Source: an uncultured Verrucomicrobiota bacterium
Lineage (GTDB): Bacteria > Verrucomicrobiota > Kiritimatiellia > JAAZAB01
Direction: 5' to 3'
Length of the DNA stretch: 64,000 nucleotides
NCBI GenBank assembly: GCA_964491945.1
Contig: CAZBHO010000008.1
Span: 471-64,470 of the forward strand
Part shown: positions 11,679 to 19,674 of the stretch, piece after piece
Position numbering within the stretch: position 1 is the first letter of the stretch
How the letters are laid out: each line of letters opens with the position of its first letter
The notes under the pieces: generated by a model
What the model was told of the DNA's origin: nothing
What the model saw: only the letters and a program-made list of their open reading frames with translations
The model's database searches: none
Translations under genes and position numbers: made by a program

Positions 11679-12872
11679 TTATTTTATCACGAGCAACGCC
11701 AACGCAAGAAAAAAACAACCCATTAGCACTTTGCTTATCACCACATTTGATCTACTCCATATTAGTAGAGCTTCGTTACTTAGTCCCATATATATACCAG
11801 CAAACACAGCAATGTGTGGTATCAGAAACATAAAATTATAAAGAAAAAGCAGCATAAGATATTTTGTACGCATCCCCTCTGTTGAAATCATATAAACTAG
11901 CATTGGAAAATAAAGTTGCCCAGTGCAAGCACTTTCAAAAATAGTTACAATACAACCTGCCAAAAAACTTGCAAAAAAAATCCATTTTTGCGTAAAGAGC
12001 TTACGCATATAATCGTGCATTTTTTTCAGCATAACTGATGGCATTTTTAACGTTATAGCTTCTGCTGTACCATACATTTTAAAAAGAATGGCATCCTTAA
12101 AAGAAAACAAGGCAAAAATTGTTACTAATATGGCAACAAAATAGTTGAGCAATTTAGAAAAGAACGAATACAATGCAAGATGATGCAAAATCTGTAATAA
12201 TCCCAAGCCAATAACAAAATAAATTAAAAACACTGCTAAGCAGAAACCCAAACCAGCCACAAAAAGAAACTTCCTTTGCTTGCCTGATACAGAAAGTAGC
12301 GTTATCAGAAAAACCATAGTTGAAAAAGCACAAGGATTAAAGCCATCCAGCAGACCCGCTCCTGCGACAGTTATAACATTTAAAGAACTTACGTTGTTTA
12401 CATTAAACGAAATGTTGCTAAAGCTTCCAGCTGAAGATGTCCCGCTGGCATTAGAATATACTAAACCTTGATTATGCAGATTGATTTTTTGAGCAATAAG
12501 AAGATCCAAGTGAGGCAATAAATTTTGTAAAACAGCATCCTTCCCCGCGATATAACTTGTTTCATCAAAAAAAACATAGATATCCTGATTGAATGGAACA
12601 TTTAACTTGCGTTGCAAAACATAAAATCTTTCGTAATCGCTTCTTTTTAAAAGATCATAGGTTTTCAGGGCGATGTGATTCGCAAAATTTTCTTTTAATA
12701 GAGGTGAGATGCTTTCATAAACCTCACGGCATTTCTGACAGCCAAAATTATAGAAACATTCCACCAATACACAGGTAGATTCGTTTGTGTGGTTCTCTTG
12801 AACAGTGGCTGCAAAGATGGTTGAGCAGAAAAGAGACCACAATATAATAACAAGGCGCCATCTCATCAACAA
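11679..12872 (-). CDS. DsbD-like thiol:disulfide interchange membrane protein (periplasmic Trx-like CxxC domain + DsbD/CcdA transmembrane domain)
   Basis: 397 aa with a signal peptide. The N-terminal domain has 'FYNFGCQKC' (CxxC), a Ser/Asn-rich linker follows, and the TM domain carries 'GFNPCAF' and 'ESACTGQ' Cys motifs. Confidence 0.6.
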   Translation of the reverse strand: MLMRWRLVIILWSLFCSTIFAATVQENHTNESTCVLVECFYNFGCQKCREVYESISPLLKENFANHIALKTYDLLKRSDYERFYVLQRKLNVPFNQDIYVFFDETSYIAGKDAVLQNLLPHLDLLIAQKINLHNQGLVYSNASGTSSAGSFSNISFNVNNVSSLNVITVAGAGLLDGFNPCAFSTMVFLITLLSVSGKQRKFLFVAGLGFCLAVFLIYFVIGLGLLQILHHLALYSFFSKLLNYFVAILVTIFALFSFKDAILFKMYGTAEAITLKMPSVMLKKMHDYMRKLFTQKWIFFASFLAGCIVTIFESACTGQLYFPMLVYMISTEGMRTKYLMLLFLYNFMFLIPHIAVFAGIYMGLSNEALLIWSRSNVVISKVLMGCFFLALALLVIK

Positions 12873-12963
12873 AAATTACCCAAACATCTGAATAATGAAG
12901 CTCAATACAATCCAATAGCAAAAGCTAAAGGGAGCCTCTTATACAATCTGCTTATTAAAAAAA

Positions 12964-14373
12964 TTATCTTTTAGCAAGCACTTCGTCTATTGCTTCTTCA
13001 AAGACAGCTATTGATTCAAGCAGAGCATCTTTGGTAATCGTTAGTGGAGGAGCAATTTTGAGGCACTCGCCACCAACCCCTACAGGAGCAAACATAAGTA
13101 AGCCCTTCTGGAAGCAAGCGACGTTGATCTTTTGGGCAAGCTCTGGATTGGGCTCCTTTGTGCCGGGCTTAACCACCTGAATACCTGCCACAAGACCTCT
13201 GCCTGTTGCGCAGCCTAAAACATCAGGATATTTCTTTTGAATGCGATGTACTTCAGGCACAAGTATTTCACCAAGTTTGGCAGCCTTCTCTACCAGCCGT
13301 TCTTTCTTGATAATTTTTAGATTTGCTATCGCAGCAACCACTGGCAATGGAGACCCTGAATGAGTGGAAGTCATAGATCCGGGAGGATAGAGCTCTTGAA
13401 TATCACGCCTGCCTATTACTGCTGAAATGGGCAATGAAGAAGATATTCCTTTTCCACATGCAATTAGATCTGGCTTTATACCATAATGTTCAAAACAGAA
13501 CATCTTGCCAGTTCTGCCGAAGCCAGCTTGCACCTCGTCACAGGCAAGAACAATATCATACTCGCGACAAAATGCCTCCAGTTTCTTTGCATACTCATCT
13601 GGCAAAAAGTCCGGACCAACACCCTGATAGCTTTCCGTCATAACACCGGCAATGTCTTTTGGATTAATCCCCTTATCTTTTAGCGTCTGAATAAATAAGT
13701 CAAAAGAGGTATTCTCGTTTTTGTAGCCATCAGGAAATGGAACTTGAACAAATGTCCTATCGCCTTCACCTATCCATTTCTTGAGGCGTGGCATTCCACC
13801 AGCCATCTGTGCGCCAAAAGTTCTTCCATGAAAAGCGTTCTCAAACGAAACAAAATACTTCTTATGAGGTCCGTATTTCTCCATTGCATAAGTTTTTGCA
13901 AGCTTAATGCAGTTTTCAGTGGCTTCACTGCCAGTACTCAAGAGGAAGACCGTATATCGTTTTGGATCTGGCGAAATTGCCTGAAGCATCTTTGTAAGCA
14001 CTGCACGCTGTTCATGCACAAACACATAGGAAGCAAGCAAGCCTCTATCTATTACTTCTTTTAAAGCTTTGTTGATTTCTTTTCTGCCGTGTCCAGCGTT
14101 TGTAATAAGCACACCTGATGACCAGTCTATCCAGCGATTACCCCATTTGTCATAAACTATAAAATCTATAGCCTTATGCCAGACAATCGGAGGCTGCCCC
14201 ATCATTGAACGTGGTTCAGATTCCTGCAATGCCTTAAAAATTTTAAGCGATTGCGGCACAGGTATTTTTGTTTTGATCGTCCTATATTTCGTATGAACTT
14301 TTGGAACACTAACAGGTGTTAAGTCATATATTGCCATTTGATTTTTCCTTTCTTCTAACGTTTTATAACGCAA
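12964..14373 (-). CDS. Class-III (PLP-dependent) aminotransferase
   Basis: 469 aa with 'ACDEVQAGFGRTGKMF' (PLP-Lys motif of the AT-III family). 'HGRTFGA' also fits. Confidence 0.75.
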   Translation of the reverse strand: MRYKTLEERKNQMAIYDLTPVSVPKVHTKYRTIKTKIPVPQSLKIFKALQESEPRSMMGQPPIVWHKAIDFIVYDKWGNRWIDWSSGVLITNAGHGRKEINKALKEVIDRGLLASYVFVHEQRAVLTKMLQAISPDPKRYTVFLLSTGSEATENCIKLAKTYAMEKYGPHKKYFVSFENAFHGRTFGAQMAGGMPRLKKWIGEGDRTFVQVPFPDGYKNENTSFDLFIQTLKDKGINPKDIAGVMTESYQGVGPDFLPDEYAKKLEAFCREYDIVLACDEVQAGFGRTGKMFCFEHYGIKPDLIACGKGISSSLPISAVIGRRDIQELYPPGSMTSTHSGSPLPVVAAIANLKIIKKERLVEKAAKLGEILVPEVHRIQKKYPDVLGCATGRGLVAGIQVVKPGTKEPNPELAQKINVACFQKGLLMFAPVGVGGECLKIAPPLTITKDALLESIAVFEEAIDEVLAKR

Positions 14374-15611
14374 GGTTTTTCGCCATATCTTATTTCAACA
14401 TAATCACCATCATTTAAAATAGAAAGCCTTGCCGCTTCAACCACAAGCTCATTGATTGAACTGTTGGCAGGTGTGGCAAGAAGTCCTCTTTCATCTATTT
14501 CCTTTAAAATTTTCTGTCTTTCTTTCAGAGCATCTTGTCCAGCGAGAGCAGCCGTTTTTTCTTCTATAGTCAATGCAGCCTGAACAAGATTTGCCACAGA
14601 ATCATATCCGTAGCCAACAGGTTTATAGCCAGCTCCTTCCCATGGCACAAGCTTGTAAAAATCGGGATTAACATAGTTATAAAATGAGCCGCCACATCCT
14701 ATACCATCAAGATAACTGTGAATTACACCTCTAAATTGATCGTCATGAAATATCATTCCTGTTTTACCTTTACCTTCAAAAAACATCTCCAGACATTGCT
14801 CGTTGCTGCCCGCAGCATCGTCAGGATAACCAAGTCCATTTATAACGGAGAGCAATGCGCCGTTTTCAAATCTAACTCTGCCATTAGCCCAAAGATAACC
14901 TTCGTTGCCGTTTGGGAATTTACCTTTTACCCCTGAAACAGAAACTCCTATAGGCTTAAGCCCTGTTATAAAATAAACAAGATCAACATAGTGGCAGCCC
15001 ACATAAACAAAAGGATCTGTTTTATCGCAGGTGAACCAATTTTGAAAATTTGAATTGCGATAATAATATGGCTCTATTAACTTTGCTTCACCCATAACAA
15101 AACTTCCAAAGTGCCCTAAGGCATATTGCCTTTTTGCGATCAAAGCACGCCTATCAAAACGCTTGTGATATTCAACACCAACGAATAGTCCATGCTCATA
15201 AGCAAAATGTTCTATCTCCACTGCATGCTCATATTTAAGAACCAATGGCTTAACACAAACCACGTGTTGCTCGTTCTTTAATGCTTCCATAACAACTGCG
15301 TAATGAAGTTGATCGGGCATAGCCACAATGACCACCTGCCGCGGCGGAAGCTTTGAGAGAACCTCTTTATAAAGGTCAGGAAAAGCCTTATCCAAATTTT
15401 CAGATAAAGCGGGATATGGCGTAAAGGTTTGACCCGGAAATGCATTAACAATATCCGGCGATTCCATGAGAAATTTTAGCGGTCTGGCTTGCAGTGCGCA
15501 AACGCTAATATCACCTACTAATCCTATTCTCTGTAAATGATAAATAGAAGGCAGAATTAAGTCGTGCGTTATCATTCCGCCACCAACAATGCATACATTA
15601 AGCTTATTCAT
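14355..15611 (-). CDS. Gfo/Idh/MocA-family NAD(P)-dependent oxidoreductase
   Basis: 418 aa. N-terminal Rossmann 'LNVCIVGGGMITHD'. Overlaps the aminotransferase by 19 nt. Confidence 0.7.
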   Translation of the reverse strand: MNKLNVCIVGGGMITHDLILPSIYHLQRIGLVGDISVCALQARPLKFLMESPDIVNAFPGQTFTPYPALSENLDKAFPDLYKEVLSKLPPRQVVIVAMPDQLHYAVVMEALKNEQHVVCVKPLVLKYEHAVEIEHFAYEHGLFVGVEYHKRFDRRALIAKRQYALGHFGSFVMGEAKLIEPYYYRNSNFQNWFTCDKTDPFVYVGCHYVDLVYFITGLKPIGVSVSGVKGKFPNGNEGYLWANGRVRFENGALLSVINGLGYPDDAAGSNEQCLEMFFEGKGKTGMIFHDDQFRGVIHSYLDGIGCGGSFYNYVNPDFYKLVPWEGAGYKPVGYGYDSVANLVQAALTIEEKTAALAGQDALKERQKILKEIDERGLLATPANSSINELVVEAARLSILNDGDYVEIRYGEKPCVIKR

Positions 15612-15826
15612 AATGCCAATCCTTATCTAAAAAATGCAAAATAAGACTTCATATTAGAAAATTCACATCAAAAGTCAATAGGGAGGATAATGAATATATT
15701 TTTGAAGTTTTGAGTGGGATATGATTTTCGTAGGGCATGTTGAAGAGTTGTTGTAAGGATTAACTCAGAAATACTCGAGATCTCTGGAAGATTGAGAATA
15801 CTTCTATTTTTTTGCTATTAACTTTT

Positions 15827-15855
15827 TTGACAAAAAATTCTTGCATATATGCACA
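15827..15855 (+). promoter_or_regulatory. Candidate sigma-70-type promoter (TTGACA -35) overlapping a 12-bp perfect palindrome TGCATATATGCA (15842-15853); putative ArsR-type operator
   Basis: TTGACA lies at 15827-15832 and the perfect inverted repeat 14 nt downstream. A second half-site-like 'GCATATAT' sits at 15861-15868. The region is upstream of the permease operon that ends with arsR. Confidence 0.35.
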
Positions 15856-15921
15856 ATAAAGCATATATTGAAAAGCACTTTTTATGCAAACATTTTTGCT
15901 TACAGAAAGGAAATATAGAAG

Positions 15922-17304
15922 ATGAATAAGGAATTTAAGATATTGTTATACCTTATAGCAGGTTTTGTGATGTTCTATTTTCTACCGGTAGATTCAATCC
16001 GATTTCAAGACGCAGTGCTGGAGGCATTAAAACTTGCAAAGTGGTATGCACGTGAACATGTGCTCCTGTGCCTTGTGCCAGCATTCTTTATTGCCGGAGC
16101 AATAGGTGTTTTTATTAGCCAGAATGCTGTAATGAAGTATTTTGGACCGAATGCAAACAAATGGCTTGCTTATTCAGTAGCTTCTGTCTCAGGAACAATA
16201 CTTGCCGTCTGCTCCTGCACAGTGCTGCCTTTGTTTGGCAGCATATATATGCGTGGCGCAGGGCTTGGTCCTGCCATAGCTTTCCTTTACTCAGGCCCAG
16301 CAATTAATGTTCTGGCAATAGTTCTTACTGCCAGAGTGCTTGGCTGGCAGCTTGGTCTTGCGCGAGCAATAGGCGCTGTTGCCTTTAGTGTGATCGTTGG
16401 GCTACTTATGCATCTTATTTTCTTAAAAGAAGAACGCCAAAAAGCTGTGCAGGCTGCTGGTGTTTATATGGCTGATGAAGATAAAAAAGATAAACCGCTC
16501 TGGCAGATTGTTGTTTATTTTTTTTCTATGGTTGCCATTCTGGTTTTTGCAAACTGGGGCAAGCCTCTTGAGGAAACTGGTGTATGGTTTTTGATTTATA
16601 AGACTAAATGGATATTGACTACGCTTGCTGCAATTCTCCTGGCATTTTCTTTGTGGCGATTCTTTAGAGTATCTGCTACGAAAATAATTTTCGCTGCAAT
16701 ACCAGTGGTAATTCTGGCGCTATTGTTCAGAGATATGCCACTAATTACATTCACCGCCGGTTCAATTGCTCTTAGCGTGCTTATTTCCTTTGCTTCTGAT
16801 GAGTTAAAAGAATGGCGAGAGCAAACATGGGGCTTTGCAAAACAGATTTTACCTTTGCTTTTTGGTGGAGTGCTTGCTGCAGGGTTCTTCCTTGGTAGTC
16901 CTGAGGGGAAAGATGCTGGCATTATTCCAAACAAATGGATTCAAACTCTTGTTGGGGATTCGCCAGAAGTACTAATGAGCCTTATGGGATTTAATTCAAC
17001 ACAGGCTATACCGGAATGGATAAAAATTGTATGGCCTATTTGGACAAACTTTTTTGCTGCCATCACAGGTGCGTTGATGTATTTTGCTACTCTAACTGAA
17101 GTGCCGATATTACGTGGACTTCTTGATAGTGGAATGGGGCAAGGTCCAGCGCTTGCGTTGCTTCTGGCAGGGCCGGCGCTTTCTCTGCCAAGTATGCTTG
17201 TTATAAATTCCATTCTGGGTCCAAAAAAAGCGCTTACTTTTATTGCCCTTGTGGTTGTGATGGCAGCTTTGTGTGGAATAGGTTTTGGTGCTTTAATGCG
17301 TTAA
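15922..17304 (+). CDS. ArsP-like permease (PF03773/DUF318 family) with a CSC motif
   Basis: 460 aa, polytopic. 'LAVCSCTVLPLF' resembles the TPFcSCS motif of organoarsenical permease ArsP. The gene context (ArsR, thioredoxins, DGC) supports the call. Confidence 0.55.
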   Translation: MNKEFKILLYLIAGFVMFYFLPVDSIRFQDAVLEALKLAKWYAREHVLLCLVPAFFIAGAIGVFISQNAVMKYFGPNANKWLAYSVASVSGTILAVCSCTVLPLFGSIYMRGAGLGPAIAFLYSGPAINVLAIVLTARVLGWQLGLARAIGAVAFSVIVGLLMHLIFLKEERQKAVQAAGVYMADEDKKDKPLWQIVVYFFSMVAILVFANWGKPLEETGVWFLIYKTKWILTTLAAILLAFSLWRFFRVSATKIIFAAIPVVILALLFRDMPLITFTAGSIALSVLISFASDELKEWREQTWGFAKQILPLLFGGVLAAGFFLGSPEGKDAGIIPNKWIQTLVGDSPEVLMSLMGFNSTQAIPEWIKIVWPIWTNFFAAITGALMYFATLTEVPILRGLLDSGMGQGPALALLLAGPALSLPSMLVINSILGPKKALTFIALVVVMAALCGIGFGALMR

Positions 17305-17335
17305 AGATAAAATAAAAAAGAAAGGAGAGTAAAAT

Positions 17336-17569
17336 ATGAAAAAGATACAAGTGCTCGGTCCAGGGTGTCCAAAATGCAAACAGCTACTTGCGAACGTGGA
17401 ATCTGCAGTAAAAGAGCTAGGAATTCAGGTTCAAATAGAAAAGATAGAAAAAATTCAAGAAATAATGAAGTTTGGTGTTATGGGCACTCCCGCTCTTGTG
17501 ATTGATGGTGTTGTAAAGAGCGTAGGAAAGGTTTTAAAGTCTGAGGAAACTAAAAAACTTTTACAATAA
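17336..17569 (+). CDS. Small thioredoxin-fold redox-active disulfide protein (Thioredoxin_3-like)
   Basis: 77 aa with a 'GPGCPKC' CxxC motif. RBS AGGAGAG upstream. Confidence 0.6.
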   Translation: MKKIQVLGPGCPKCKQLLANVESAVKELGIQVQIEKIEKIQEIMKFGVMGTPALVIDGVVKSVGKVLKSEETKKLLQ

Positions 17570-17588
17570 AAAAGAGGAGGTATATTCA

Positions 17589-17990
17589 ATGGCTAATAAA
17601 ACAAAAAGAGCTGGCGCAGTAAAAAGCAGTTGCGCATGTGGTAGTGCCCCAAAACTCATATTTCCCTGTTCTGGAGGTTCGGATGTTGGTGAATTAACCG
17701 ATAGAACGGCTCGGAAACTCACGCAGGATGGTGCAGGCAGAATGTATTGCCTTGCAGGCATTGGTGGTAGAATTTCTGGCATTATGGCATCAACTGAGAG
17801 TGCTGCAAAAATTCTGGCGATTGATGGATGCCCGCTTGCTTGTGCAAAAAATACTTTATTGCAAGCGGGATTCAAAAAATTTGAACATATAGAGCTTTCC
17901 TCTCTCGGACTAGAGAAAGGCAAGTCTAAAGTTGGTCCAGTGAATATCAGCAAAATAGCAAAAGAAGCAAAAGCAAAACTTGTTTGTTAA
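17589..17990 (+). CDS. DGC-domain-like Cys-rich metal-binding protein (putative)
   Basis: 133 aa with a 'CACGSAPKLIFPCSGGSDVGELTDR' Cys cluster and a later 'DGCPLACAK' (DGC) motif. Confidence 0.45.
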   Translation: MANKTKRAGAVKSSCACGSAPKLIFPCSGGSDVGELTDRTARKLTQDGAGRMYCLAGIGGRISGIMASTESAAKILAIDGCPLACAKNTLLQAGFKKFEHIELSSLGLEKGKSKVGPVNISKIAKEAKAKLVC

Positions 17991-18002
17991 GGAGAATAAA
18001 AA

Positions 18003-18422
18003 ATGCATTTAAATAAGTTGTTTGTATCGGTAACCATTTTATCTTTGTTGAGTCTTCAGTTGCTAATTGCAGCAGATGAAGCCACAACGAATCAAGCACA
18101 GGCCACTTCACAAGAAAACACAGCAAAACCAAAAGCTTTGCCAAAATTACTTGATCTTGGTGCTGGTAAGTGTATTCCGTGCAAGATGATGGAGCCTATT
18201 TTAAAAGAGCTTAAGGAAAAATATGCAGGCAAGATGGAAGTTGAATTTATAGATGTGTGGAAGAATCAGGAGGCTGGCAGACAATATAAAATTAGAGTCA
18301 TCCCCACACAGATATTTTTTGCGCCAGATGGCAAGGAGCTGTTCCGTCATGAAGGCTTTTTTGGCAAAGAAGATATTCTGAAAAAGTGGAAGGAGCTCGG
18401 CTTTGATTTTGACAAGAATTGA
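18003..18422 (+). CDS. Secreted thioredoxin-family protein
   Basis: 139 aa with a signal peptide and a 'GAGKCIPCKMMEP' CxxC active site. Confidence 0.65.
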   Translation: MHLNKLFVSVTILSLLSLQLLIAADEATTNQAQATSQENTAKPKALPKLLDLGAGKCIPCKMMEPILKELKEKYAGKMEVEFIDVWKNQEAGRQYKIRVIPTQIFFAPDGKELFRHEGFFGKEDILKKWKELGFDFDKN

Positions 18423-18523
18423 AATTTTTTTGTTAGCTATATGGCAGGAGCAAAAATGGTATGAGCTTTTTTCAAAAGAGAGATATAACCTTTGATATAA
18501 ACTAGAGATAATACATTGTTAAT

Positions 18524-19218
18524 ATGCAAGAATTATTTGTTTTTCTTACAAACGCGATAGAAGGCTCTTTTATTATGGCCTTCACTGCTTCCTTTATATG
18601 GGGCATCTTAAGCATCGTTTTAAGTCCGTGCCACCTTGCCAGCATTCCTTTGATTGTAGGTTTTATTGATGAGCAGGGCAATGTATCAACTGGGAGGGCA
18701 TTTTTGATTTCATTGCTTTTTTCGGTTGGTATTTTGATTACAATAGGTTTGATTGGAGTAATAACTGCCGCACTAGGAGGATGATGGGGGATATAGGTTC
18801 TTTTGGTAATTATTTTGTGGCAGCGATAATGTTTCTGGTGGCATTGCATTTGTTTGATTTAATCCCTATGCCATTTACAGGACAAAACAAAGTTGGCATT
18901 AAGCGGAAAGGCTATTTGGCTGCATTTTTGCTGGGGCTAATTTTTGGTGTGGCACTTGGTCCTTGTACCTTTGCATATATGGCACCGATGTTGGCAATAG
19001 TTTTTAAAACTTCTGCAGAGTATCCTTTCTATGGAGCAAGTCTTCTTTTTATGTATGGGATTGGTCATTGTGGTATTATTGTGCTGGCTGGCACCTTTAC
19101 AGAACTTGTTCAGCATTATTTAAACTGGAACGAAAAATCGAAAGGGGCTCTAATTGTTAAAAGAGTGTGTGCAGTATTGATAATTCTTGCTGGAGTATAT
19201 ATGATTTGCACTGCTTAA
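18524..19218 (+). pseudogene. ccdA: CcdA/DsbD-family disulfide transporter split by a -1 frameshift (ORFs 18524-18784 and 18781-19218)
   Basis: ORF1 (86 aa) holds TM1-2 with 'LSPCHL'. ORF2 (145 aa) holds the second Cys, 'GPCTFAYMAP'. Joined, they give a 231-aa colinear CcdA. The junction lies in 'GGAGGATGATGGGGG' and the frames differ by 1. Confidence 0.5.
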
Positions 19219-19239
19219 TTTTTACAGGAGATTTTTGAG

Positions 19240-19551
19240 ATGAAAATTGAAGAAACCAGAAGGAAAGCACTTATATTTAAGGCGCTGGCTCATCCAGCCA
19301 GAATTATAATACTGGAGAGTTTGCAAAAGAAGGATAGGTGTGTTTGTGAATTTTTGCCTATTTTAAAGGTACATCAATCTGTAGTTTCACGGCATTTAAG
19401 TTGTCTAAAGAATGCTGGAATTGTGAGCGAGAAAAAAAGAGGTGTAAAGGTTTTCTATCATCTTGAGACGCCCTGTATAATTGATGCGCTTCGCTGTGCA
19501 TTAAAAGCCGCAAAAGAAGATATTAGAAAGAAAGCTGCTTCCTTAAGATAG
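19240..19551 (+). CDS. arsR: ArsR/SmtB-family metalloregulator
   Basis: 103 aa with a wHTH 'ALAHPARIIILESL' and a metal-site 'CVCEF' motif. Confidence 0.75.
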   Translation: MKIEETRRKALIFKALAHPARIIILESLQKKDRCVCEFLPILKVHQSVVSRHLSCLKNAGIVSEKKRGVKVFYHLETPCIIDALRCALKAAKEDIRKKAASLR

Positions 19552-19674
19552 TGAGCTTTACTAACTCAGAAGAACGGAAATTTTTTGCTGTTTTTTTAAG
19601 CTTTGCTCATATTTTTTATTCTGTGTATTGCACCATTGGTGCTGGTTAGTATAATTTTGGGTAAGAAGTGGATT

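Noticed and set aside
18524-19218. Treating the two CcdA pieces as genuinely separate small genes
   Set aside because: The pieces are perfectly colinear with a single CcdA, with a frame change exactly at the junction. A frameshift or pseudogene is more parsimonious, though it cannot be proven without reads.
19630-19642. GCACCATTGGTGC palindrome between arsR and polB as a bidirectional terminator
   Set aside because: The stem is only 5 bp and there is no adjacent T-run on either strand.
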